NCBI RefSeq assembly: GCF_009834535.1
Contig: NC_045728.1
Span: 16,926,001-16,990,000 of the forward strand
Reading direction: 5' to 3'
Length of the DNA stretch: 64,000 nt
Source: Camelus ferus
Lineage: Eukaryota
Both the position numbers and the translations under genes were made by a program. Below are positions 45,951 through 58,239 of the stretch, in pieces. The notes beneath the pieces are model-generated. The model was not told the origin of the DNA. It was given only the letters and a program-made list of their open reading frames with translations, and made no database searches. Every line of letters begins with the position of its first letter. Positions within the stretch are counted from its first letter, which is position 1.

Positions 45951-46072
45951 TGGTGGCCCAGAGGCTGAGGAAGCTAGACTTGCCTGTGAAGGACAGTGAC
46001 GAGCCCAGTGCCCCTGGGGCTGACAAGAACCACTTCCTGAGACCCAGAGGGCCTGGAGAGGACGCGGGGAAG
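45951..46072 (+). CDS. PPP2R1B: PPP2R1B alternative exon 15b of the long C-terminal isoform
   Basis: ctgtctgtgtctctAG acceptor and AAG|GTAAGC donor; phase fits exon 14; (V)VAQRLRKLDLPVKDSDEPSAPGADKNHFLRPRGPGEDAGK resembles the remembered human long isoform (VVAQRLRKLEFPVKDSGEPSVPRADKNHFPRP...). Confidence 0.88.
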
Positions 46073-49000
46073 GTAAGCGCCACACACTCCTGGCCTGAGT
46101 CACCCCCACCCCACCACGGCTAAGGTGTGGGCGGAGGGCAGCCTGGTGGCCTGGTGCCCCAGCAGGCCAGGTGGAGAAGCCAGATCCTTACCTCTTTCCC
46201 AAGAGGACAGTCAGGTTTTAGGGCCAAGAGGGTATGCTTTTAAAGCCCGTGGTCCTGTTTCTTGTCTTTGTTCCAGGAGTGCTGAGGGGTGGGGTGGGCT
46301 TGCCAGCGCTCTGTCACTGTGACTACAGGTCTCTCCCCCGCCTCCATGCAGGGAACAGGGGTGGGCTGGTGAAGGGTTGCTTATTGAAACAGACTGTTCC
46401 CACCTACCTCACAGAATATACACGGTTCTTATTTGCTACAGCTCCTCTCAGGTAGTCACTTCCATTCAAGGGAAAAACCATTTCTGTCAACTTTACTATG
46501 TGATAGTCCGAATGTTTTCCAAGCCCCACCTGAGGCCACTCTGGAGGAGGTGTGCCAGGGTTCAAGCTCAGCCATGTTGGTGCTGGCCACTGCCCGGGGA
46601 CTGTTTGTTAGGAGGGTGATTTATGACTGACAGATACGTTCAGAAAAGCAGCCCAGAGGGTCCCGGCTGCCTTGTGCTGATGTCAGGCTGCATTGAGTTT
46701 ATCTGGAAGATGATGGCAGCCTCCCACCCACTCCCGTGGGTCTGCTTGTGACAATTCTAAGATCAAAAAGTTGGACTTCTAAATCTGCATGGCTTTTCCT
46801 TCATTTTTTTGTGAACTGAGGCCATAAGAACCTTTTCCTGTTGTCCAGGCCCTGAGCTGCCACCTTTCATCTTGGAATGTCCTCCCTTCCTGCCTGGCTG
46901 CACACGGTTCTCCCAGGGCCTGGGCTGCCAGGCGCGTCAGGCTCGGGCAGCTCCGGGCTGTCCCTGCCCTGCGGGGGGAAGTGCGGCCCAGCCTTGGCGC
47001 CCCGGGAGCTGCCGGAGGCGCTCAGACCTTGGCCTTAGGGAAGACACTGTGGCCCAGCCAGCAGGAGTAATTAGTTATACATTTTTAGGACTAAACCACA
47101 GACTTCCTTGTGAAGAAAGGCGTCGTGTTTCCCTGCAAACTTAGGGTCAACTAGCCATGCCACACACTTTGCCTGTGATCTGAGTGTGGTAGAGAGGCAG
47201 CCTCTCCACGGGACACCTGCTCAGGTCTGTAGGTGGCCCACGATGGCCACATGCTGGGGAACAGTATTAGCTGCCAGGCCTCGAGCCTTGGTAACTGCAG
47301 GCACCTTGTCAGGCACTTGGCAAAATCTTACTTAATCCTTGCAACAGCTCTGTGTGGTAGGTGCTGGTGGCTCTGCTTTTCAGGTGGCCAAGAACCTCCC
47401 CCCAATCCTGTCGTGTCTACCTGGGGGTCTTTTCCAGCACCGGAGGCCCTTGAGGCTGCAGATCATTTAACCCAGAAAAATCCCCTGCCCCGTGACTCAG
47501 GGAGCCTTCCCTGCATTCGTTTCACTTAAGGAAAATGACTCGAGGGGGAGATGGAAAGGGAATTGGCTGTTGCCAAGGCAGAGCCCTGCATGTCAGGGGC
47601 CAGCAGCCAAGTGAGTGATCCAGGAAGTCATCCACTTGCAAACCAGAAATTGTTCTTAACCCCTCACTCACTCACTGTGGTGCATAGTAAATCCGCCCAT
47701 CTGCCCGTCCTGGGTCAGAGTGGACCCTACCTGCTGGGAGCCCTGGGAACCACCTCCAGTTGCCACTGGCCTCTGGGTCCTGCAGGAGCCATTCAACATC
47801 CCAGGGCTCGGGCCTACCACTTGGTCCAAGAGAGAATGGCCCCAAGGTTGTGGTGAGGGTCAGTTTCTTTTGGTGAAGGATACCTGCTTGGTTCCTCCGG
47901 GACTGGCCTTTGGTGTTTGCAGAGCAGTCTGTGCTCTGGATGTCACCTGTGTCCCCATGCAGGGCCTGCGGGGCAGCCTCCTGTGCCCGCAGACCCTGGG
48001 TCAGCTCAGCCGCTCCTCGCTGGCGGGGCAGATGGGCGGTCTTGCCCCCTGGTCGGGCGGGACCGCCCTCCCCACGTTCTCCGGGGTTGTTCTCTAACCA
48101 CAGAGCTGCCGTCGGGCCTCTGTCAGGCTAGGGTTAACAGAGGATTTGTTTATTGAATCACAAAGTAGCTGTCACATGATTTTAATCAAAACACCATTTC
48201 CCTGACAACAGTGATGTCAGTCTTGTTATTGCAGGAAGGAGCAGCTGTGAGGGGCGGCCAGTCTCCATGCCGAGCCCAGGTTGAGAGACTGGAATCAAGT
48301 GAAGCATTGTACATACTGGTTGCAGGCTCCGCCGCACCGAACGTACCCTCCTCTTCCTCTTCTCTGTCCTGACAGTCTGTCCCGCACAGCACTGGCCAGA
48401 GCCTGGCCCCTGCGCCCCGGGTCTCTGCTGAGATCCCACCTTCTGCACCCCCTGCTCCTTCTACCCTTCTTTTGACTTCTGGTTTTCTCAGTTTTCCTTA
48501 TTCTCCCCAAACTTTTGACCCCTAGGATCTCTGGCCTCTGCCTTCTGGCATCTGTCTTTCCTCCAGGGTCTAAACCAGCACTTGCTGGTGATCCAGGCAG
48601 TTCCGTCTAGCCCGAGCTGGGGCTGATCTTGGCTCAGAAACCTCGGCTCCCCCGGGAGCCAGGGTTCTGGGGGAGGAGGGGCTGCTTGTCTTATCTTTGT
48701 CCCTGTGAGAGCAGGCTAGTGGGGCTGAGGGTCTCCAGGACACATTGAAGGAGCTTGGCTGTGGATGCTGAAGGGTAAGAGCTCCTTAAGGGCCGACCTC
48801 AGGGCTGAAGGATTAGCTCTCTGGGACCCAGAAAGACTGGAGAAGGCCCGAGTCCAGTCCGGCTGAGGGGAGGTCAGCAGCAGACCGCTCCCAGCCAGGT
48901 GGAGCAGCATCCTCAGGCTCTGCCTCCGGGCACCGTCCCCACCATGGGGACGGAGCAGCTGTCTCTGCAGATGAAGACTCCTGGCCCTCCAGCCCTTCAC

Positions 49001-52000
49001 CCTGGAGCTTGGCCTAAAAGTTGGAGATGGATGAAAAAGATCTAGGTGGGACGTATGGATGAAAAAGGTCCCCTAGGTGGGACGTGGATTCTCATGATTG
49101 TTCTCTTATCTGTGGCACCCATGGCTGGTGCTGCCCAGATCTCATCACTGAAAATGAAGAAATCCCTGGCAAAATTCTTGGTTCTGAACCTGAAGCAGGA
49201 GCTCAGAATAGGGCATCCCCCATGAAACCTGTGAAGAGATTTCATAGACGCCAAAGGTTGCTGGGGAGTCTCCTGGGCACTCTCTTGTAAGAGGGCAGGG
49301 CTAGGCCAGGCTGCATTTGTAAAAGGCTCACAGTGAAGCCTTAGTTAAGTCAGCTAGTCTAACAAGTTACCACTGGGGATAATGAGCCTTTGCAGTGATT
49401 TGCCCAGGGTGGTGGCAGGGCTGGGAGTAGTGCCAGGGGCCGAGGACTCGGCCAGAGGTTCCCTGCTGCCTCCGGGCTGTCCCTGGCAGAGAAGGGTTGG
49501 CTCCACCCTGCCCGGAGGACCTTTCTGGCCGGGGTGGCTGCTCCCGGGGGAGTCGGCGTGGGGAGCAGGGCTCCAGACTTGCTTCTGGCCAAGCCCTCCT
49601 TGCCCAGCCCTTTTGTCTCTGGGGCCTCCTCTAACTGCCTGCTTGCCCTTTGGCCCTCTCTTTGCTGGCACAGGAATCTTGCTAAACATTTGGGCTTCTT
49701 TAGTGACCAGAGGGCAGTTCCAGTGGGCCCAGACGGAAGAGTCCCTGCCTGCTTCTAGGAAAGGCCTTGGGGGATTTGCCTCAGGTCGCGTCCCACTCCC
49801 TAACTGTGCGGGTGGTCCTGGCCTGGTCAATGGATTTATGAGTCAGGGTTCTCAGGCCCCTTTTGGCATCTCAGGCCCATTATTCCTTCCTCTGGGGAGT
49901 GAGGAGACTAAGTCAGAAGCTCTCAGACCTGCCCGATGGGCAGAGCCACTCAGTTTTCCCTTTGAGAGGCCAGATCCCCAGTGCCTCTTTCTTCAGGGCC
50001 CAGACATTCTGAGCTGTCTGCACAGCCGGCTCTTAGGGGCTCAGCTGAAGGGGGTGTCTGCTGCCCCTGGTGCAGTGTCTCCCTGCCTGCATCTGGGCTC
50101 CTTGCTTTGTGGCTCAGCCCTGCACCTGCTTCGCCAGGGCTTCAGACCAGCTCTCAGTCAGTGTGCCTAGGAAGATCCCCTAGAAATGTATACAAAGGGA
50201 GGTATCCACGCTCCCTCGGGGTATTTGCAGCTATCAGTCCAGAGGAATTCAGCTGCATTGGTGGGTCAGGACATCTGTAGCAGGAAGGCTCCTTAGTTGA
50301 ATGGCTGGAGGCACACAGCAAGCTCCCGACTGCCTGACCTGGCTTTCAGGTTTGGCCTCAGTGATTGTAGCCATGGCTTCATGCCTGGGTGGGACCAAGT
50401 ATGCCAATGACAGCTGGTGTCTGAGATGAGGGTCCAGCTCCTTCACTTCAGTCAAGACCAACATCTGTCTCCCAAAGGACACTGCAAAGGATGAGCCATG
50501 CGTAGTGTTCTGTCCCAGCAGGGCTGCTCAGCCTTGTCATTTCTTTGAAGTGACATCATTGGCTGGGACCCAAATGAGAAGGGCAGAGCAGCTGTAGCCT
50601 GTGCAGGTGACATTTACTTTGTCACTGTGGGGCACCCAGGGTTTAGTGCTCACAGCCCAGAACTTCCTCCCACGGTGCTCTGGGCCTGTGGGTGGAGCAG
50701 AGGGCTCTCTCCTTACCTGGATGCACCCAGGGAGGGATGGGAACACTCAGCCGGGAGAGCCCTACAAGAACTGTGACTGGAGAACGTAAGGGGTTGCAGA
50801 TGGAGAACCTAATGCTCTAAATCAGGGGTTAGAAGCCCCTCTAACCCCCTAAATGGGCCTTAGGGGGTGCCGGGAACTAACCCCTCCCCTTGAAATTACC
50901 CATATAAAGTTGTATGTCTCTGTACGTGTTTCCCTGGAAGAGGATCCAAAGCTTTTATCAGCATGTCAGAGGGATCTGTGCAACCCCAATTTAAGAACTA
51001 GTTGGGTAGAAAGATGCAGATGGCTGAGAACAGAGCCTCGGGCAGGGCCCTGACTTGTGGTGATGGAGGTGGGCCCCGGTGAGAGCCATTACAGACGCGG
51101 CATGCTTTGGAAGTGTGGGTGCTGTTGGCAATTCTAGTTCCCAGAGCTGCCGGTGGAGGCCCCAGGGCTGGAGCTCAGGTCGCCCTTGCCCCATTCTTCT
51201 CCTCCACCCTGTGCCAGGCCTATGGCTCACGAAGGGCACCAAACTGAAGCATGTTCTGGAGAACGTGAAGGTCAAGGGCTTGACTGACTGGCTGCTAAAG
51301 TTCTGGCCAGTCTCAGCTGGCAGGTCTGTTATTTTTGCCTGTGCCCTGGACACTGGGGTTGTTCTTGGCAATACAATATAAAAATGATGGAGAAATTTGG
51401 TGGGAAAGGGGAAAGTTTGCAAAACATCGTTAGTGAAATTGAGGGCCTTCCTTAAAAAACAACAACAACAAAAAAAAAAACAGCAATTGAAACAGCATTA
51501 CTGAATTCTCGGGTAGCCGAGCAGAGATAGTAGCAGTCAGGACTGAGCGCCTGTAACTGGTGCTGGGGCAGCAGGACAAGTCGACGGGGAAGGCTCTGCT
51601 TTCTTCTTGCCCTTGGCTGTGCCTTCCAGGCCTTCCACCGCCGCCCGCAGCCAGCTGACGGTCCCAGTTTGGGAACTCATATAGCATGGGCTCAACTGGA
51701 ATGGTTTGAGTGAAACCAAATCTTTGTTCAACTTGCTGCCAGAAAGTAGGATTTAATGCTGCCCTTTCACTCAGGGTCTGGCACTAAAACAAGTCGTGAA
51801 GGTATGAGCGTGACCACAAATACCTCAGGAAACGGCTTCTCCGGCACCTGAAGGCACTGGGCGGGTGCCTTTCCCTGGGTGGGGCTAGACTGTGCGCATG
51901 CGCGGCGTTGAAGCCTTTTGCAGGTCCCAGAGAGGATGTGCCATCGTGAGTAAGTGCCAGTGTCCTTATGGCCGCCCCCATTCACACCCCTTGCCCTGCA

Positions 52001-53649
52001 GCTGTCGTCAGGGAGCCCCAGGTGCCCGCCTGCCCTCCTCCTCCTGCTGCGGAGGCCCTTCCTTGCCCGACTCCCCCTGTAACCCCGGGGAGCCCGGCCA
52101 CGTGCTCGCAGCCCGGGCCCTGCCCGTGTGCAAGCTGCGGTCAGCGCTGCTTCCGTCAGCGATCTGCAGCTCCTGTGTGCTCGGGCGATTTCAGAGCAAG
52201 GTATTATTTACCCTGCTGACGTCAATGAGAACATATTATCCACTGTCCTTTTCTGGAGCCTGAAATGAGCCCCAGAGCTCAGGGAACACAGCCACCTTCC
52301 ATAGTTTCAAAATTCCACCCGAGGCCCGACGAGGGAGAGGCCCCATCCTCCGCCTGACATTCACATCACCCAGGCTCTTAGAAAACAAGTTGTTTTTATT
52401 TTAGTTCAAGAGGGTTGGAAACGTAAAAACAGTACATTTTCCTTGCAGAAAATTACCCCATTTAAATTACCGTTTGATACAAAGATCATTTATTAAACTG
52501 CATTTTAGGCAATTTTCTAACATTGAGTGACAGGTTACATTTTGATTTTTTCACATTGGAGCTATTATGATTTGCACTCAAAATACCAAAGCTATTGAAC
52601 TCACCATTTTTTCTTGGTAACTGAAAAAAAAAAGCACACAGGAAAAATAACTACAATTAGATTAACTTTATCGAAAGTAACTCTTTCACAAACCAGATAT
52701 CCAGCAGAGACCACCCTCCTCCCTTCAGAAATAAGCAAATAATCTTGCCCTTTCTACAAAGTGCAAATATCTCTGTATCACTTTTATTTCCTAAACTGCA
52801 GTCCCCGAAGAGAAGCAAACCTCCTTTTCTGGTTCTTTTCCCTTCAGAGATTTCGGTGGAGGCAGGTTTCTTTCACCATCAGTAGTGGAAAGGCATCACC
52901 ACATGAATTTCCTTGACTGAGCAAATCGTGAACAGATAGGCATCACACAGCCAGTGGCAAGTCCCAGTTATCTGCATTTGCTAATGTAACGTTCTCCCAA
53001 TCTGGGGTCACGTTTTTTTCCAGGATGTTATTTTGTACTTCTATTTTTAAAGCTCCTCCCTATCCACCCACTTTGCCTCTGAAAAGACAAAAGTATTCGA
53101 TCAAAGGATGTTATTTTCTTAACCCTATGAGTGTCTGGTAACACTTCTGCTTGATGGGCCTTAATGGTAAAGAAACTTCATGACCCCCCCTCAGGACTGG
53201 GCTGAGTTCCTGATAATTCTCTGCGCAGCCCCCTTTCTTGAGGTTGAGTCGCTGGCCTGCAGTGGCGGCCAAAGCCATTGGCAGTTAAGGAAGGGTGTGT
53301 CCCGCCATCATAGACTTCTGTGGGAAATTACGATATTGTGTAACTTGGAGAAACGACACATCTTTGATGTGAACCTAAGCTTCTGTGGTACATTGGACAC
53401 TGGAAAGATCTGTGGGGTCTGTCTCTCCCTTAGCCTTGTTCATGCGGGGCCACCTGGACAACTACAGTTGTCACCTGGAGGGCACCTCTTCCCCCAAAGC
53501 CGGGCAGCTGTCAAGCGGGAATAAGGTTTCGGGGACAGTGTCACATCCAGTCAGTGCTTGGCCAAGATGGGGGCTTTGTTTATACAGCTGTTTGCTCATG
53601 AAAAGGGTCAACTGCTACCGAGGAGGGAGGAGAGTGGAGTGAGAAGCCA

Positions 53650-53830
53650 GAAAACCCCAGAGCTTGTCCGGCTCGGCCACGCGTGAGCCCTGTGTGCTTG
53701 GAGAGGTCACGTAACCTTCCCAGAGCTTGGGTTTCCTCAGCTGTGGAAAATGAGGACTCTCTGCTCAGCTGATTTCATAGTATTGTTGGGAGGATTAGAA
53801 GAGATTACTTGTGAAAATTCTTGGTAAATT
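53650..53830 (+). mobile_element. MIR SINE
   Basis: gagcttgtccggctcggccac...cttgggtttcctcagctgtggaaaatgagga. Confidence 0.65.
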
Positions 53831-55458
53831 AATGCGCAAAGAGAAGCTACTGCTCCTTTTGGACAGACAAGCTGATTATCTGGACAGGAACCACCAAACC
53901 TACCACTGGCTGTGGGCAGCGCTGCTGTATGTTTCTCCATCTACGCACCAGCAGGTGCCCAGTTCTGCCAAGTGTGTTGAAAATTGCGCAGATGAGATGT
54001 GGACATAAGATGGTCTAACTGGGGCGGCTGTGAGTCTCCTGGAGTCAGCCAGGACAACGGTTACTGGGGAATAACAGTAAAACAAAGATGTGAGGGGCCG
54101 TGTGAGGCCAGGGATACAGGCCAGGGAGGACCATACTGCTGAACTGGTCAGAAGGGATCCATCAATTTGTTAGAACTGGATTTGTCAAGTTTAGAGAGGC
54201 AGGTGGTGTTACTCTCGTCTGTCACACATCACTCAGGATGAGTTCTGTAAACATTTCCTGAAGCAACAAAGTGATCAAAGACCCCTGCCTCTCCATGACT
54301 CCAACTTACTACCCGTCCCCCAGTTTTCACCTCTGATGTCTCAGTACAGAGGGACAGAGCAGCTCGGGTGGCTTCCGAGGCGGCGGTAGAGGCAGCCCAG
54401 TTAGGGGTAGGGACGCAGCCAAGGTCAGCCCCGGCACGGGGACTCCGCAGCTGTTTCCTGGGCCCCGTGCTGTCCAGTGACCCTACGTATTGTCTCCAAA
54501 GAGGAGGAATGTGAAAGATTATCCAGAGTGTGATTTTCCTTAAGCCAACAGGGAGCTTAGGTGAAGCTGCTCACAGGTCTTGACATGTAGTCTAGAGCTG
54601 GAAATTCTGACCTCAACACAGAACCCAGTATTTAAGTACCTGGGGCTTGCCTGGAGATGGGAGGACCCTGCAAAGGAAACTGCGCATTTCATCACGTCCA
54701 CATGTGAACTGCCCACCCCTGACGGGCTGCTCTGACTGCCATACCCCTGGACCCCCGGCCCACTAGAGTGGAGGCCTCTGCTTTCCACCTGCCTTCAGCT
54801 CCTGGCTGGCCACCCGTCACTCTCCAGCTGAGAATACACCCTCTTCCCGACTCTAACAATTAGGTAGAATTCTTTGCTCTGAGAATCCTCCCTTTCGGGT
54901 CCTAATGACAGTGTGGGGACAGAGAGGGAGAGGCCAGTGCCACCATGAGTCCCTTCTGCAGGAGCCTTGAGTCGGCTTGGAGGGTGACATTCCCACAAGG
55001 TGGTCTCCTCACTCCCCGGCAGGGCACAGGGCTCCCCACTGCTCTGAGCCGAGGACTGCCTTCAGCCTGGACCCCAGGTTCCTCCTGTCAGTCCTACTTA
55101 ACTGAGTCAGGACACAGCTCACACGTGCGGAAGTTCTTTATTTCTGGGGAAGAAAGGGACTCTGATTTTCTCTTTCCTTGGAGGCAAAGTTGGTGCAGAA
55201 AAGGAGTCCTTTAGTCCCATCCCCTAGCCCTCCTCTGGGGGCCCCAGAAGTTTCCCATCAGTGGAGACTGGAGGGTGGCTGGTGTGGAGAACCTTCTACC
55301 GCCCCGTCTGTTCCCAAGGCAGCAAGAGGGCAGTGCCGGCCTGGGGGGGACAGAGATGGTGGCGGGGCGTCAGGGGGTGTTCAGTGCAGCTCCCCAGGAG
55401 TTTTCAGATGGAACATCCACCCTCTCTACTGAGCTAACGGGCTCTATTTGCCTTACAG

Positions 55459-55551
55459 GGACCAGCATATCAGCTGTGTGTAAATCCTAGAGAGACACTT
55501 GCCCACCTGGAAATTGTAGGACTAGTGCATTTCTCCCAAAGCAGAGATTAA
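55459..55551 (+). CDS. PPP2R1B: PPP2R1B exon 16, terminal exon of the long isoform
   Basis: ctctatttgccttacAG acceptor, phase 0; GPAYQLCVNPRETLAHLEIVGLVHFSQSRD* resembles remembered human GPVYQLRGDTRDTLAQLGIAELVHFSQSTD*; AATAAA follows at 55588-55593 and 55685-55690. Confidence 0.85.
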   Translation, partial: GPAYQLCVNPRETLAHLEIVGLVHFSQSRD

Positions 55552-58239
55552 TATCCCTGGATTAAAAAAAAAAAAGCACAAACAAAAAATAAAGTACCAC
55601 ACATATTGCACTTTTTGCTGAATGAAATTTTTACCTCTCGTTCATCTCACTGAAGTCTCTTCAGAGGAGCCTGGTTTACAAGACAATAAAGCTAATGGTT
55701 ATTATACAGTAGTGTTCACGCTGCTAATGTGAAACAGACTGGAAAGAAAGTCATGACCTCAAAGTACCTCTTAGAAAAAGAAGAGTACTAAGCGTTCTTA
55801 GTGTTACTTTAGTATTTGTGAAGAGAGGAGACACGCACAGGTCACCAGTGAGGGGACAGAGCAACAGGGCTGATCAGGCAGGGCTGGCAAAATGCCTCAC
55901 TGACCGACAGAACCAGTCTCCTCTCACCAGCCTAGCTTTCAGCAAATACAGATTGTTATGGAATTTATTGATTTCTGCTTGAAACAAATGAGAAGAGCAA
56001 ACAGGTACTTACAACACAGTCCAGCAGGACGGGCCATGCTCTCCCCGGGGGCTTCCGCCCTGCTGCCGGTCAGTTCCCGACAGGCCTGGCCACCGCCGCG
56101 CGCTCCCCGGTGTCTACCTCTGGGGCCTTCAGCCTCCCAACAGCCTCTCCGCTGCCTCTTGTCTGTCAGCCCAGCTGACCTGCCGCAGCTCCCAGGTGTC
56201 CTGGGCTAAGCGGCTCATGGCCTTGTCTCATGGGGCAGGTGTGTCTGCCCATCTGTAAATGCCACTCTTGCGACTCTGAAATGAGTGGCCCCCGTTTTCG
56301 ATCTGGAAGGCATTTTAATTTCATAAATATTATAGCACTTCTGTAGACTATTTTGGGAAAACATCCTTCAGTTTAAACAAATCAAGCCCTGCTTTATAGC
56401 TCTAAGGTTAGAGGTCTTAATGAGAGGATCTCTTAAATGAAATGATGTCTATTTCACGGAATCATCAATCTTAAGCACGAGGAGGATTAAACAATCCGCA
56501 GAAGGAACCTACTTCCTTCCTGGATTTTTCACTGCGTGTTGTCAAGTCACAAAACACTCGTCCTCCGCACCACTGTCGCCCACACCCAGAGCCCGACCCC
56601 AAGCGCAGTGCCTCTGCGGAGCGTCCTGGCGCCAAGAGGGGCCAGAACAGAGCTCCTCAGACCTTCCACGCTTCTCCTCACCTGCCTGGACACGTACTAC
56701 AAAGAGGAAAGGCAACTTAAAGGTGTTCTAGATGCAGCATCAGTGTAGTATCTCTCTTCTTTGTGCTTTAAGGAAGATGCCTTGTGCTTAATGCATTCAT
56801 CTGCTGATAGGACACGCCATTCTAAAGGACAGAAACGGTCCTCTTTGTAAATAATACTGAATTTGTAACACTTGGATGTTACTGTCCGAATGACAGAATA
56901 CTCATTGCCTCTAGGCCGACAGTTCACTAGCGGTAGCATCTATTTTTCACTTACTCTGACGACTGAGCTGTAAGGGTCTCAGTTTTACTGGTCATATCAC
57001 GTGCTTGGCAGATGACCTGCTTTAAATGGTTAACACATCTGTGGTCTTTTGAATATTGCTGTTAATACTTGAACATTTCATTACAAGTCAAAACCTAAGG
57101 AAATTAAGGATGTGATTCCCACATGGTGGAAAACAAACTCTGAAGTGACTTTGGATTTAGCATTGACATAAGTGGGAAACTTGGTTTCTACAGAAAAGAA
57201 ATAATTAAAGCATGATCTGGGGGGAGAAGGCACAGCACTAACCACTTCACATGGGTGATAGAAGTTCATTTCTCTTGTCCTTAAAATTCCTAAGCCCTAT
57301 ATGAAACTGTTCAAATATACAAAGCTCGATAAACGACTAGCCACATCTAGTGTAAAGTCCAAGTAGTTATTACATTTTAAAAGAGACGCCAGGTCCTCTA
57401 AAGACCAACTGCCCCAAACTAGAAGTCTCCACAGAAGATCGCAGGAAAAGCCCATCTTCCCTGGTCCAGGGCTGTGCTCCTGATGGTTTCTCCAGTCTCC
57501 TGCCCTTGGTTCCACAGGTGACATCTCTGGAGCCCTGAGGACACACTGTAACCCAGGGCACCTGCTGAAGAGGTGTGTCACCTGTTCTCAGATGGAGGCG
57601 ACCGCCAGTCTCAGGGGTCAGTACCAGCTGTTCTTTAGTGGCCCCGGAAACAAGGCTCACGCTCTACCCCTTTGCAATGGTCTTGGGGACAACTTGCATC
57701 AGCAGCTTAGAACTTACGACTCACTGGCAAAGTACAACTTTCCTTTATTTCCTGTGCATCAACTTTAATATGTATTCTTGATTTGCCTTTAAGCAACATG
57801 CTGTTCTTGGCTTCAGTGAAAAATATTATATTGCCTTTTTTTTTTTTTTTGCCTATATGTAATGGCACACTTTCTTTTTCCTGCTTTCACCAAGATTTCC
57901 CTCGATAATAAATTGGTGGAGTTTTGCATAAAACCTAGGGCTGGATGTCTTCTTATAGAAACATTTGCTGGTGCCTCTGACGAGCGCCTGCTCCACCTGA
58001 CCTAAGGGCACGAGCTTCAGCCTTCAACTGTTCCAGCACTGGCCACGGAAACCGTGGTGGGACAGAGCCGGGGGGAGCCACATCCACCCGGCCGGGCCCT
58101 CCAATTCCAGCTGGGCGACTTGATTTTTACCCCATTAGGGAGAGGGCAGGAAAATAAGCTTTACATTGAAAAGGCTGGAATAAAAATAGAAATAACACAC
58201 GCTGTCTTCACTTGACCCGCTTCACTTCCTGCGCCGAGA

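Larger units (their letters stand above)
52375..58239 (-). other. SIK2: Inferred long SIK2 3'UTR with several candidate poly(A) signals
   Basis: Minus-strand AATAAA at 55964-55969, 55137-55142, 52489-52494 and 52395-52400; the last has a GT-rich downstream element and marks a switch from AT-rich to GC-rich sequence. Confidence 0.55.

Noticed and set aside
49382-50170. 262-aa plus-strand ORF, the longest in the track
   Set aside because: GC-rich, Leu/Pro/Gly-biased, non-ATG start, no domain and no flanking splice logic; probably chance.
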